From a virus (taxonomy: Duplodnaviria > Heunggongvirae > Uroviricota > Caudoviricetes), in IMG/VR virus record IMGVR_UViG_3300027759_003944: a stretch of DNA of 64,000 nucleotides. One strand, written 5' to 3'. Both the position numbers and the translations under genes were made by a program. Shown here piece by piece: positions 25,471 to 35,253 of this stretch; the first letter of the stretch is position 1; each line of letters starts with the position of its first letter. The notes beneath the pieces are model-generated. The model ran no database searches. It was given only the letters and a program-made list of their open reading frames with translations, and was not told the origin of the DNA.

Positions 25471-26629
25471 TCAAGTCACCCGGGGTAGAATATATCCTGC
25501 ACTGGCTCGGCACCAGGCTGCGCCATACACTCAAGGCTGGCGTGAGTTTGGACAACATTGGCCCAACACTATACCCATACGACTGCAAGAATACTGTGAC
25601 CATCACGGTGTCAAACTAAACATCACGGATATTGATTCTGAGTGGCCAGCTGATGCATTTTACCCTGTGGGACTAGGCTTCTTTAATTTTGACATTGATT
25701 ACTTTGAACTAATGCCTGAGCGCATACGCACAGGTTTATTCTTTGGCGATGTGCGTGTGTTGTTTTACTATCATGAAGGCGATAACCCGTTCCGTATCAA
25801 AACTAGACTTGATGACCTATGTACCAAGCACAATTTGCGCGATGACTGCTATGTATTTGTGAGTTCTAATTCAGCGGCCAGTAGTATTCCACGTTTTGTT
25901 GCATTTCAAGACAGTGAACTTTGGTACTGGCAGCGCAATCATGAATCACCAGCATTGAACATACACCATGAACCTAGAGAGCGTGATTTTACTGTGTTGA
26001 ACAGACTGCACAAAAGCTGGCGTGCCTTGATCATGGCAGATTTAAAAAGTCTTGACATACTGAATAACTCATACTGGAGCTATTGCGAGCCAGGCGAATT
26101 TGCGGATTCGGACTGTCCAATAGAAATTGATGCCATTGCAGGTTTACGCACTGCTACTGAGGAGTTTTTGAAATCAGCACCTTATGTGAGTGATGAGTTG
26201 GACAATGATCAGCGAAACAATCACAGCACACTGGTTGCCAAGTATCATGTCAACAGCTATTGCAACATTGTGGTTGAAAGTCAATTTGATTACGATCAAA
26301 GTGGTGGCGTACTCTTAAGTGAAAAAACATTCAAACCTATCAAACATGGGCAACTGTTTTTTATTGCAGGTGCTGCTGGTAGTTTGCAAATGCTACGTGA
26401 CTTGGGATATCGTGTGTTTGATTCAGTATTGGACAACAGTTACGATTTAGAACCTGATCACACACAACGCTGGATGGCGCTGACAAGATCCATTTATTTT
26501 GCTCAACAGCAATTACCACAACTTTTTGAGCAGGCCAGAGCTGACATAGAACACAACCAGCAGTTATTTCAAGCCATAAAGACTGAACGTTTAAATAGCT
26601 TGATCAAGGACATCAATGAATCCCATTAA
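25448..26629 (+). CDS. GT10-like glycosyltransferase, paralogue 2
   Basis: IVVESQF...SEKTFKPIKHGQLFFIAG...GYRVFDSV; homologous to 24292 gene. Confidence 0.5.
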   Translation: MSLNLIADQVTRGRIYPALARHQAAPYTQGWREFGQHWPNTIPIRLQEYCDHHGVKLNITDIDSEWPADAFYPVGLGFFNFDIDYFELMPERIRTGLFFGDVRVLFYYHEGDNPFRIKTRLDDLCTKHNLRDDCYVFVSSNSAASSIPRFVAFQDSELWYWQRNHESPALNIHHEPRERDFTVLNRLHKSWRALIMADLKSLDILNNSYWSYCEPGEFADSDCPIEIDAIAGLRTATEEFLKSAPYVSDELDNDQRNNHSTLVAKYHVNSYCNIVVESQFDYDQSGGVLLSEKTFKPIKHGQLFFIAGAAGSLQMLRDLGYRVFDSVLDNSYDLEPDHTQRWMALTRSIYFAQQQLPQLFEQARADIEHNQQLFQAIKTERLNSLIKDINESH

Positions 26630-27656
26630 CTCTTACACCAGCTGGCAGCCACTTGAAGAAGTCATTGTGGGCCGTGCGTACACACCAGACTATTTTGACT
26701 TTATTGAAAATGCACAGGTACGCAATCAACTGCAACAAATACTGTCAGAGACCGAAGAAGACCTGGCCAACTTGCAAAAGACCATTGAGACTTATGGCGC
26801 TCGAGTGCGTAGACCTGACTTGCCCAACAAACATCACTTTCAACGTGATCAAATGAAAGGCAACGGCGCACCACTGCCGCCACTTACACCAAGAGACTGG
26901 CAGATCACACTGGGTGATCAACTGTTGCGTGTGCTGGCCATGCCAGAACTGGATGGTTTGTGTGCCGAGTATGAAGCAGCACAGCCCGGCAGTGTGATCA
27001 ACCCACATGGTCCCACCGGCTGGGACGAGAACTGTATTCTCAATCAAGCATCAGCATCATGCATTGTGCGTGTGGGCCGTGATGTATTTTTTGACAACTC
27101 TGACTTCCTGCGTCCAGGCCAAACTCGTTGGATTGTGGACAATGTATTAGGTCCAGAATATCGCATACACGAAGCCATAACAGATGGACATGGAGATGCT
27201 GTGTTTGCTATATTGAAGCCGGGGGTGTTGTTGTCAAGCAAACACGATGTAAACTTGAACTTGGCAGCAGACTTTCCGGGATGGGACGTTTGTAAAATTT
27301 GGGACAGCAGTATCTGGGCTGCCATGGAAGTAGGCAAGTTTAAATATGAACAATCACCAGGTGCTTGGTATGTACAAGGACAAACCCCCACACCCGAGTT
27401 CACAGACTTTGTTGACACTTATCTAACCAAGTGGACTGGCTTTGTTGCAGAAACTGTGTTTGATGTCAACTGCTTGGTGCTGGATGAGTCACACGTTATA
27501 TTCAGTGCTTACAATCGAGAAGTCTTTGACTATTGCCGTCGGCATCGGATAGAACCCATCATCAGTGAACTGCGTCACAGTTACTTCTGGGATGGTGGTA
27601 TCAGTTGTTGCACACAAGACATTCGACGTCGCGGCGGCCTGGAAACTTACCTTTAA
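26616..27656 (+). CDS. amidinotransferase-family protein (AGAT/StrB-like)
   Basis: C-terminal WDGGISCCTQDIRRRGGLETYL matches the amidinotransferase catalytic-Cys tail GGG(F)HC(V)T(L)D(V)RRG(T)L(Q)SY. Confidence 0.55.
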   Translation: MNPINSYTSWQPLEEVIVGRAYTPDYFDFIENAQVRNQLQQILSETEEDLANLQKTIETYGARVRRPDLPNKHHFQRDQMKGNGAPLPPLTPRDWQITLGDQLLRVLAMPELDGLCAEYEAAQPGSVINPHGPTGWDENCILNQASASCIVRVGRDVFFDNSDFLRPGQTRWIVDNVLGPEYRIHEAITDGHGDAVFAILKPGVLLSSKHDVNLNLAADFPGWDVCKIWDSSIWAAMEVGKFKYEQSPGAWYVQGQTPTPEFTDFVDTYLTKWTGFVAETVFDVNCLVLDESHVIFSAYNREVFDYCRRHRIEPIISELRHSYFWDGGISCCTQDIRRRGGLETYL

Positions 27657-29137
27657 CTGTAAACCGTTACACCATACAACATTTCAAATCTATCAGCGTC
27701 TGCACGGTCATTGACCATGGGCTCTCCACGTATGTTCAAACTGGTGTTGAGCAACATAGGACATCCTGTTTGGGCATACCATGCTTCCAACAATTGTCTT
27801 ATTCCCGACCCATCCGCCGCAACAGTTTGAACTCTACTGGTACCATCAACATGACATATAGCAGGGTAAAGATCAGGATTCCGGCAATGGGCAACTGACT
27901 GCATATAACTGTGAGTGTGCCAACCAGGCTGCATATCAAAGTAGTCATCAGCCATCTCAGCAAGAATGACTGGAGCAAAAGGTCTGAATTTTTGTCTGCG
28001 TTTGATTGCATTTACTTGATCCTTGATTTTTGCACCACGGGGGTCAGCAAGTAGGCTTCGGTTACCCAACGCCCTGGGCCCAAATTCAGCGCGACCATTA
28101 GCAACTCCAACAATACCATCGTGAAGTAAACCGCGGACAATATTGTCAACAGGATAAGCACCAGAGATATTGTGACCAAGGTAAGCATTGCGCCAATGCA
28201 GCCTTTTGCCATACGCAAGAGCAGCGGCTCCAAGACTTGACCCTGCGTCTCCTGGGCAGGGCATGATCCAGATGTTTTCAAAGTAATTTCCTAGTCGTCT
28301 ATTGGCCAAGCAGTTGAGTGCAACACCGCCTTGATACACAAGATTGGTGCTCCACTCAAAATCTCTAGCACGTTGCATAACATTGCCAATCAAGCGTTCC
28401 AGCAGGGTTTGAGCACTGGCGGCGATATCTTCATTGCTGAGACTGCCCATGAATTCATCATCAAACCCTGTGTGCAAGTTTTGTCCAAACTCTATTTCAT
28501 CTGGATCACGTATTAGCACTGCTTCCATCACATGATGATAACTGTCTCTGCCATAAGCAGCCATACCCATGGTGATGTATTCTTCGTCTAGTGGGTGTAG
28601 GCCCACACGCTGAGTAATTGCACTATAAAACAGGCCCAGGCTGTGCGGATACTTTTGTCCCCACAGTCGTCGGTATCTTGCTTGTCCTTGCTTGTCATAT
28701 TCTGCTCCCCAGATTGTGATTGTGTCCCACTCGCCTATGGCATCGATTACCACAACTGTGGCACGGTCAAATGGGCTGGTTTGAAAACCGCCAGCGGCAT
28801 GACTCAAATGATGGCTGTGACAACTGTAGGGCGTGTACGAAAACCATCCTCGCAGTTGTTGTTTTAAAATTTGGCCTGTGGTCAACTTGTTCCACTCTAT
28901 GCCTTGACCTGCATACCACTGGCGAAGTTGTTTTTTCCAGGGTGTTTCGTAGTAGGCCACATGATCTACGGCAAGATTTGCGTCACATGCGTCCCAGATT
29001 AGGCCAAGGTTGATGTCAGCATCATTCTTCTTCTTGCTGTAGCGTTCTGCATGTCCAGCAAATACAATGTCACCTCGTGAGTCAATCACTGTGGCTGCGG
29101 CGTCATGAAAGCCGGCACTGATTCCTAGGATATTCAT
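27653..29137 (-). CDS. carbamoyltransferase (NodU/CmcH family)
   Basis: N-terminal MNILGISAGFHDAAATVID... typical of NodU/CmcH O-carbamoyltransferases; 494 aa. Confidence 0.7.
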   Translation of the reverse strand: MNILGISAGFHDAAATVIDSRGDIVFAGHAERYSKKKNDADINLGLIWDACDANLAVDHVAYYETPWKKQLRQWYAGQGIEWNKLTTGQILKQQLRGWFSYTPYSCHSHHLSHAAGGFQTSPFDRATVVVIDAIGEWDTITIWGAEYDKQGQARYRRLWGQKYPHSLGLFYSAITQRVGLHPLDEEYITMGMAAYGRDSYHHVMEAVLIRDPDEIEFGQNLHTGFDDEFMGSLSNEDIAASAQTLLERLIGNVMQRARDFEWSTNLVYQGGVALNCLANRRLGNYFENIWIMPCPGDAGSSLGAAALAYGKRLHWRNAYLGHNISGAYPVDNIVRGLLHDGIVGVANGRAEFGPRALGNRSLLADPRGAKIKDQVNAIKRRQKFRPFAPVILAEMADDYFDMQPGWHTHSYMQSVAHCRNPDLYPAICHVDGTSRVQTVAADGSGIRQLLEAWYAQTGCPMLLNTSLNIRGEPMVNDRADADRFEMLYGVTVYS

Positions 29138-29231
29138 TTGTAGATAAATGGATCACGTTTGCGAAGTTCTTTTAATTTTTTACGATAACGTATTTCCAGC
29201 GTGATTCTATCCCAAAGTTGTCGTATCCATT

Positions 29232-30260
29232 TCATGTCAATCTCCTTATTTGCTGCTCAGCATAGTCTGCATCGCACCAGCGATACTCATATGTAGCCTC
29301 TGCCGTGCTGGTGCGTATTTTATATACATCAAGGTGTGGCGCCAGTCGATCCCAAATTTCTTTATAGTTGCGTGTGCCAAAACTTCGTTGCAAATCTACT
29401 TGTGCAACCTTGGGATGGCCGATAGTTAAACTTTGGTCCTCCGGATCAAATCCATTGGATACAAGCCATGTTCTAAACTCTGCCAACTTCTTTATTTGCC
29501 ATTCATGTGCGCCTGTTTCATTGCCCCATTCTATATCAAAATCTCCAGCAGCTTCTGTTTGTGATCTCAACCCGGTTGTGACTAATTTGTCAACATCTTG
29601 ATCTTCGTCAATGAAAACCTCCCAATGATGCTTGCCCACGGATTTGTTTACTCCCACATACACACCACCTAGATCTCGATTGATAGTTTCTACACCAAAC
29701 AGTTCATAATCTTTTGCATCCAATGCAAATCTTGGTGCATTGAGCCAGCACATGAGTTGACTGGGTCTACGCCATTCAGGTGCTTGTACCAGTTTGCGCA
29801 TGCTGAGTATGAGACTTTCGTATTCATGACACAGCAAATTAAGTTGCCGTATGTGCCAGCGAATTGTGGAATCAGCTCGATGATAATAATCACTTATACC
29901 ACCTGACCATCCTTGCAAATCTTCAAAATATCTGTGCAATTTATTCATATGGTCATGATTTATATCTAGGTTGCTTTGTATGGTATTGGCAGTATCAAAA
30001 TGGTCGTTGATGTGATAGCCTAGATCACTGTTGTTAATGGCCTCAATGCTATCATTTATGCATTTGCAAATGTATTCAGCCGTGCGTTGACTTTCTGTCC
30101 AACCTAGCCAGCAGTAATTTTTTTCCAAATGCAAGTTGTTGCGTATGATATCATTCAATGCTCCGAGCCATTTGCGACTGAGGCTATTATCATAAACATC
30201 AATATACAGTTTGTGTTCAGTATCTTTGCCACGTAGAGTTATTTCAATTTGATCAAGCAA
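29232..30260 (-). CDS. hypothetical protein (342 aa)
   Basis: ORF, head of the minus-strand rSAM operon. Confidence 0.5.
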   Translation of the reverse strand: MLDQIEITLRGKDTEHKLYIDVYDNSLSRKWLGALNDIIRNNLHLEKNYCWLGWTESQRTAEYICKCINDSIEAINNSDLGYHINDHFDTANTIQSNLDINHDHMNKLHRYFEDLQGWSGGISDYYHRADSTIRWHIRQLNLLCHEYESLILSMRKLVQAPEWRRPSQLMCWLNAPRFALDAKDYELFGVETINRDLGGVYVGVNKSVGKHHWEVFIDEDQDVDKLVTTGLRSQTEAAGDFDIEWGNETGAHEWQIKKLAEFRTWLVSNGFDPEDQSLTIGHPKVAQVDLQRSFGTRNYKEIWDRLAPHLDVYKIRTSTAEATYEYRWCDADYAEQQIRRLT

Positions 30261-31530
30261 TGTTGTTCCACCATTCTAGCACCGCAGGACGATCAGCAAG
30301 TATTTGTTCCATTGTAATCTTCTGTGTGCGTATACTTTCTAATTGTAACACACGAGCACGACCTTTTGCAATACCAGCCGCATATTGATCAGGCCATTGT
30401 TCTTCAAATGTGGGTCGTGTTTTTAACTGTGTCAGCATGTCACGCAACGCACCATCCGTTTCAGGCACAAGTTCATCAATCCAAGGTTCTAATAAATGTC
30501 TAGGCAAGGCCAATGGACTCATCACAATGTTAGGCGAGAATGAAAACATTACTTTAGCCAGGACTTCGACTCCATATTCTTGGGCAAGTTGTCTAATGCG
30601 TGTAACTTCGAACATTCCGGGCAGAGTGAGCGTAAAGTCAATTCGTACTTGACGTCGGTTACGTTGGATCGCAACTGCCGCACCAAAATTGTCAAGCCAT
30701 TGATCATAGTCAAGGCCTGTTCTAATGTACTCGCCAATTGCGCCTGTGCCGTCGAGACTTGCGCATATCTGCCAATCGCGCAGCCCGCTGAGAATATCGC
30801 GATATAAGTTAACACCTCGATAATCCACTCTGGATAAATTTGTATTGTATCTAGCATATACTCGTGGCCCGTCCCCTAATTCAACTATGCGGCGCATGTA
30901 ACGCCAATGTTGTTCGTACATCAAGGGTTCGCCACCTACCCAGTATACTTCTTCAACACGATGCTGTTCCACGGCTGCTGAAAACTCTGCTTCTATTTGG
31001 CTGTCTTGAAATGCTGTGATACTTGTTCTTACTTCTGGACGCATCCATGAGTTTTTTGGATTTGACCAGTCAACCATGTTCTGTTGCTTCTGCTCTGTTT
31101 CCCAACTACTACTCAGCATGTCACCGCACGTTCTACATTTGAAATTGCAAAGATTACTAAATCTATAATCCCAACTCACAGGCTGCATTGTGGTGCGTCC
31201 TGCGGTGTCAGTGGTTTCCCAAATGTCAGGGTACTTATGCTTGAACAATTGCCAAAAATATGTGCGGTAAACATCAGTGTTCAACAGTTTGTCATTGCAC
31301 ACTTCGCACTCGGGCAGTGTTTCTCCAGCCATCATGCGGCTGCGCACACTCATCATGTGTGGAGAATTCCAATGTTCATCCAGTGTGATGGGAATGTATT
31401 CACCAGTGCCTGCGGCGGTGTCTATGTACTGTTCAAAGTTCTGTGCAGGTTCACGTGATGCACAACACATACGTCGTTCTGTTTGTGGACTCAAGTAGGT
31501 ATGCACCCAAGGTGCCATGCACAAGCTCAT
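30253..31530 (-). CDS. radical SAM protein, paralogue A (N-terminal Cys-rich domain + CNFKCRTCG core)
   Basis: CxxxCxxC in MoaA/anSME-like context CN(F/L)xC(x)(Y/T)C; GGEPL, YNTN, GEYIRTG motifs shared with paralogues. Confidence 0.7.
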   Translation of the reverse strand: MSLCMAPWVHTYLSPQTERRMCCASREPAQNFEQYIDTAAGTGEYIPITLDEHWNSPHMMSVRSRMMAGETLPECEVCNDKLLNTDVYRTYFWQLFKHKYPDIWETTDTAGRTTMQPVSWDYRFSNLCNFKCRTCGDMLSSSWETEQKQQNMVDWSNPKNSWMRPEVRTSITAFQDSQIEAEFSAAVEQHRVEEVYWVGGEPLMYEQHWRYMRRIVELGDGPRVYARYNTNLSRVDYRGVNLYRDILSGLRDWQICASLDGTGAIGEYIRTGLDYDQWLDNFGAAVAIQRNRRQVRIDFTLTLPGMFEVTRIRQLAQEYGVEVLAKVMFSFSPNIVMSPLALPRHLLEPWIDELVPETDGALRDMLTQLKTRPTFEEQWPDQYAAGIAKGRARVLQLESIRTQKITMEQILADRPAVLEWWNNIA

Positions 31531-32738
31531 GGATAGTGAATTAAATCAGCAAACTCAGGTGCTACATCATGCATGTTTTGATTGCGTTTGCGATCTAGGT
31601 CTGCAATCTTCATACGCAACATAAACCCATCTGTTGACGCACCTGTATTCATAAAGTCCGTAATACGGTCAAACTCCACACGATACTGTGGTGGTACATC
31701 TGCTGTGCGCAAGTGTTCTGTTATGGCTGCTTTGGCTGTGTCTGGCAAGGTGGCAATACTGAAATACCAAGCGTCATGCATCATGTTCCAATAAACAAAA
31801 TTAAAACTTTCTTTATTTTGATCAATCCACCAAGCCACTTGATCTAGGTAACGCACATTGAATACATTCACTGTGGTACAAATTTGAAGCACTATGTTTT
31901 TATGGCATTCTTTGAGATCTCTGAAAAGATCCAAATTTGCACAGACTTCCGGCCAGTTGGCATTGGTTCGTTGATATTCAAATCTCTTACCAATGTCATC
32001 GATGCTGAATGCAATCTCCACAGTTTTAAAATGGCGCCAAATTGCTTCACCACGTTCTGGCCATTGTGTGCCATTGGTGTTGTAGTGTATTTCTACTTGA
32101 TGTGCAATACCACGATCCACAATACCCTGCAACATGTCAAAGTGTTCGTCAATCATGAACGGCTCGCCACCTGTGAATTCAATATAACGAATGTCTGTCA
32201 GCACACTGTCAATCTGCTGCCAAAACTGCGTGTTCTCTCTGGGCCATGCACCAGCACGTAGCATTTGATATGCATGACTGCTTTTCTGTTCTTCGCGTGG
32301 TAACTGATTGATTTCTTCTGTGGCAAACTGACTTGAACTCCATGAACCACATATACGGCATTTCAAGTTGCAGATATTACCCAGCTTCAAGTCCAAAAAC
32401 ATCAAGGATTTGGCATCTGTTGTCCACTCTGTATCGCTAATGCTGTGCTTGAGCCTGTCTAGCGTGTGCATGCGTTTGCTGGTACGCCCGCCACGTTCTT
32501 CATTCCAACACTTGCGACAAGTTTGTGGACGTTCACCAGCAAGAAACTGTTCACGTAGTCGGCGCATGTGGTCACTGTTTTGTATGTCAGCAAAGTTGGC
32601 AGTGCTTAACTCAAACTTGTTGCCAGCATCATCCAAGATTTCATCATCTGCAAGACAACAAGGACGTACTGTACCGATTGGACTTGCTTCTATACTGACC
32701 CAAGGCAACACGCAGAATTTGTCGTGTGGTATGTTCAT
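31527..32738 (-). CDS. radical SAM protein, paralogue B
   Basis: N-terminal C-x17-CC...GERPQTCRKCW then CNLKCRICGSWSSSQF; TGGEPF. Confidence 0.7.
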   Translation of the reverse strand: MNIPHDKFCVLPWVSIEASPIGTVRPCCLADDEILDDAGNKFELSTANFADIQNSDHMRRLREQFLAGERPQTCRKCWNEERGGRTSKRMHTLDRLKHSISDTEWTTDAKSLMFLDLKLGNICNLKCRICGSWSSSQFATEEINQLPREEQKSSHAYQMLRAGAWPRENTQFWQQIDSVLTDIRYIEFTGGEPFMIDEHFDMLQGIVDRGIAHQVEIHYNTNGTQWPERGEAIWRHFKTVEIAFSIDDIGKRFEYQRTNANWPEVCANLDLFRDLKECHKNIVLQICTTVNVFNVRYLDQVAWWIDQNKESFNFVYWNMMHDAWYFSIATLPDTAKAAITEHLRTADVPPQYRVEFDRITDFMNTGASTDGFMLRMKIADLDRKRNQNMHDVAPEFADLIHYP

Positions 32739-33994
32739 TGTACTATGGGCCTTCCTATATTCTTAAAAATTTCTATCAATTTGTTGTACTCCGGATGCTC
32801 ACGATCGTACACATTGTGTTGCTTGAATTCTTCCATGGACCAAGTCCCCCAGTTCCACATCTTTTGAAAATTTATTTTTTTTATACCAAATGAATTGGCC
32901 AATTCAACAAACATTGGAATTTCTTGATAATTTTGTTGCTGTACTACAAAATCTGCCACAAGCTCAACCTTGAGTTGATTTTCTTGAACATAATCACACA
33001 GCCATTGCACATTCTCTAATAGTGTGTTCCAGTGTCCGCCAACACGAATTTTTGAATATGTTTCTGCTGTGGCTGCATCAAAACTGATTCTCAACATGCT
33101 CAAATTAGGCAAAATATCTATTAGCAAATCTCTTTTTTTCAAAAGGTAGCTGCCATTAGTTGACATTGAGTGAGTGATGTTTGATTTTTTAGTGCGTGTA
33201 ATATATTTAAGTAAGTTTAAATAAGGCTCAGAAATAAAAATTTCTCCGCCAGCCCAACATATAAGCACTGGTTGATCTTCGATCTTGTCAATAATTTTTG
33301 TTTTAATGTTTTCAACAATTTGATTGTTGATAGTACGGATTACATGATGTTTATTGTTGTTGATCACTTGCGTTCTACAACTGGGGCACTGAAGATTACA
33401 TGTGTAGTCAAAATCAAACGTTATTGTTCTGGGAATTTGATGCACCTGATATTCTGGCTTGGATTCAAATGCCAAGGGCGCTAAATCACTGTCAACTGCA
33501 GACGTAAAATTATACTTTGATGTCGCAACATTGGCAAAGAACGAACAAATTTTGTTGTTGCAGTAGTAGTATCGTCCGTGGTAAATTTCTTGTCTTATTT
33601 TTTGTGCTGTTTCACTGTTGAGTATTTGCCATACATCATCTGCTTCAACAATATTGCCCACAAACTTGGGCACGAAACTAGGACTTGTGCAAATATATGC
33701 ATTTCCGCCAGCATTGATACCCAGGAAGTTCCAGGGAATCCTACAACCGTTTGGTTTGTAATTCTTGTTGTGAAATTGATGTTGCTGTCGGTGTGCATTC
33801 GAATCTGCTAGTGTGTCTAAATCCACATTCAACGCCTGATAGTTTTCTATCATCATTTGTATGAATTGATCAATCTCTTGCTGTATGCTTGGATCTGTAG
33901 CATCAGCGCCTGCGACAAAATCTTCGTAGCTGGGCCAACTGTTGCCCGCAAAAGTTTTGTATTCTTTCCTACCAACAAATTGATTTCTATTCAC
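32735..33994 (-). CDS. radical SAM protein, divergent AT-rich member (CNLQCPSCRT at residue about 195)
   Basis: CxxxCxxC, AGGEIFISEPY; different N-terminal architecture and composition. Confidence 0.6.
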   Translation of the reverse strand: MNRNQFVGRKEYKTFAGNSWPSYEDFVAGADATDPSIQQEIDQFIQMMIENYQALNVDLDTLADSNAHRQQHQFHNKNYKPNGCRIPWNFLGINAGGNAYICTSPSFVPKFVGNIVEADDVWQILNSETAQKIRQEIYHGRYYYCNNKICSFFANVATSKYNFTSAVDSDLAPLAFESKPEYQVHQIPRTITFDFDYTCNLQCPSCRTQVINNNKHHVIRTINNQIVENIKTKIIDKIEDQPVLICWAGGEIFISEPYLNLLKYITRTKKSNITHSMSTNGSYLLKKRDLLIDILPNLSMLRISFDAATAETYSKIRVGGHWNTLLENVQWLCDYVQENQLKVELVADFVVQQQNYQEIPMFVELANSFGIKKINFQKMWNWGTWSMEEFKQHNVYDREHPEYNKLIEIFKNIGRPIVQ

Positions 33995-35253
33995 AACAGC
34001 GCCACTAACTCAGGAATTGCATCTTGCCAGAACTCTTTTCGTATGTTGTCTAACTCATGAGTCTTGCGCCAAAATGTATCTATTAGATGTGTGTTGTCTG
34101 TGGCCATCATGAACTTGACGGCACTTTCAAATCCTTGCGTGGCACGGCCCAGCGAATCTTGGTCACGCAACCAAAGAATATGGTCAAGATACTTTGTGGC
34201 CAGGCGTTGCTTGTACTCTGCAGGTGCCATGTCTATTCTATAGTGCAGTGGATCTTGTAGTATGTTCACATTTAGATCCTGCGCACGTATGAATCCACGT
34301 TCAGTCCAATCACGATGAAAATCTGGTAGGTGCCATGCATTCATTATGCTGAGTGTGGGGCTGATGTAAAAATCCACTTCTGGACAAACTTTTAGCATTT
34401 CTTGTCTATTATTTTCTACCACTGTCCAGTCTGTGCCCTTGCGAATATATTCTCCACGTGTGCCAGAATCATCTAAACTTGCACCCACTGCCACACTATC
34501 AAACTGCTTCCAGTATTCAAATACACTGTTGCCTTTGAGATCAGTGTGTGTAAAATTTGTGTTGTAGATCAATCGCACATCAAATCTTTTTCTACGCACT
34601 AGCTCATCTAAAATTCTATAATGCTCTTCCATCAGCAGCGGTTCTCCACCAGCAAAGTAAATTTGCTCTACATAATCCAGGTGTGGCTCTAGTTGTTCCC
34701 ACATGTCCAGTTCAGTGCGTCCTGCATAATTCAACACGGTGTTCTGTTCTTTCCAGTTGCCCCCAGCCAGCTTGGCTTGATCCTGATACCATTGGCTGCT
34801 GAATATGTGTCCGCAACTACGGCATTTCAAATTGCATAAATTGCTGAATCGAATGTCCCAATAAGTCATTTCAAAAGGATTGTCATCTAACTTTTTGATC
34901 TGATGTCCGTGATGTTTGTTTGCACTCTTGCGCCCACTAAAGAAACCGTTGGTTTCTTGTTCATAACAACGACCACAGGTGGCATTTGACGTTTCTGTCA
35001 ACATATCCTCACGCAGTTGTTGCATGGGTTTGTCAGTCCATATTTCTTCTAGCGTGTTGCTACGGCAATTTCCAACTTGACCCACGCCCATTTCGGCATG
35101 GCAACAAGGATATGCTTCGCCTGTAGGATAGGCATGCAGATGTATCCAAGGATATATGCAAAATGTTTTTGATTCTGTTAATAAAAATTGCTCACGTGCA
35201 GTTAGTTCAGTAGACCGTACCAGGTCAGTGCTGTTATACTTGTATTGAGTCAT
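33991..35253 (-). CDS. radical SAM protein, paralogue C
   Basis: CNLKCRSCGHIFSSQW; FAGGEPLL; GEYIRKGTDW; N-terminal PCC and CGRCYEQE cysteines. Confidence 0.7.
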   Translation of the reverse strand: MTQYKYNSTDLVRSTELTAREQFLLTESKTFCIYPWIHLHAYPTGEAYPCCHAEMGVGQVGNCRSNTLEEIWTDKPMQQLREDMLTETSNATCGRCYEQETNGFFSGRKSANKHHGHQIKKLDDNPFEMTYWDIRFSNLCNLKCRSCGHIFSSQWYQDQAKLAGGNWKEQNTVLNYAGRTELDMWEQLEPHLDYVEQIYFAGGEPLLMEEHYRILDELVRRKRFDVRLIYNTNFTHTDLKGNSVFEYWKQFDSVAVGASLDDSGTRGEYIRKGTDWTVVENNRQEMLKVCPEVDFYISPTLSIMNAWHLPDFHRDWTERGFIRAQDLNVNILQDPLHYRIDMAPAEYKQRLATKYLDHILWLRDQDSLGRATQGFESAVKFMMATDNTHLIDTFWRKTHELDNIRKEFWQDAIPELVALL

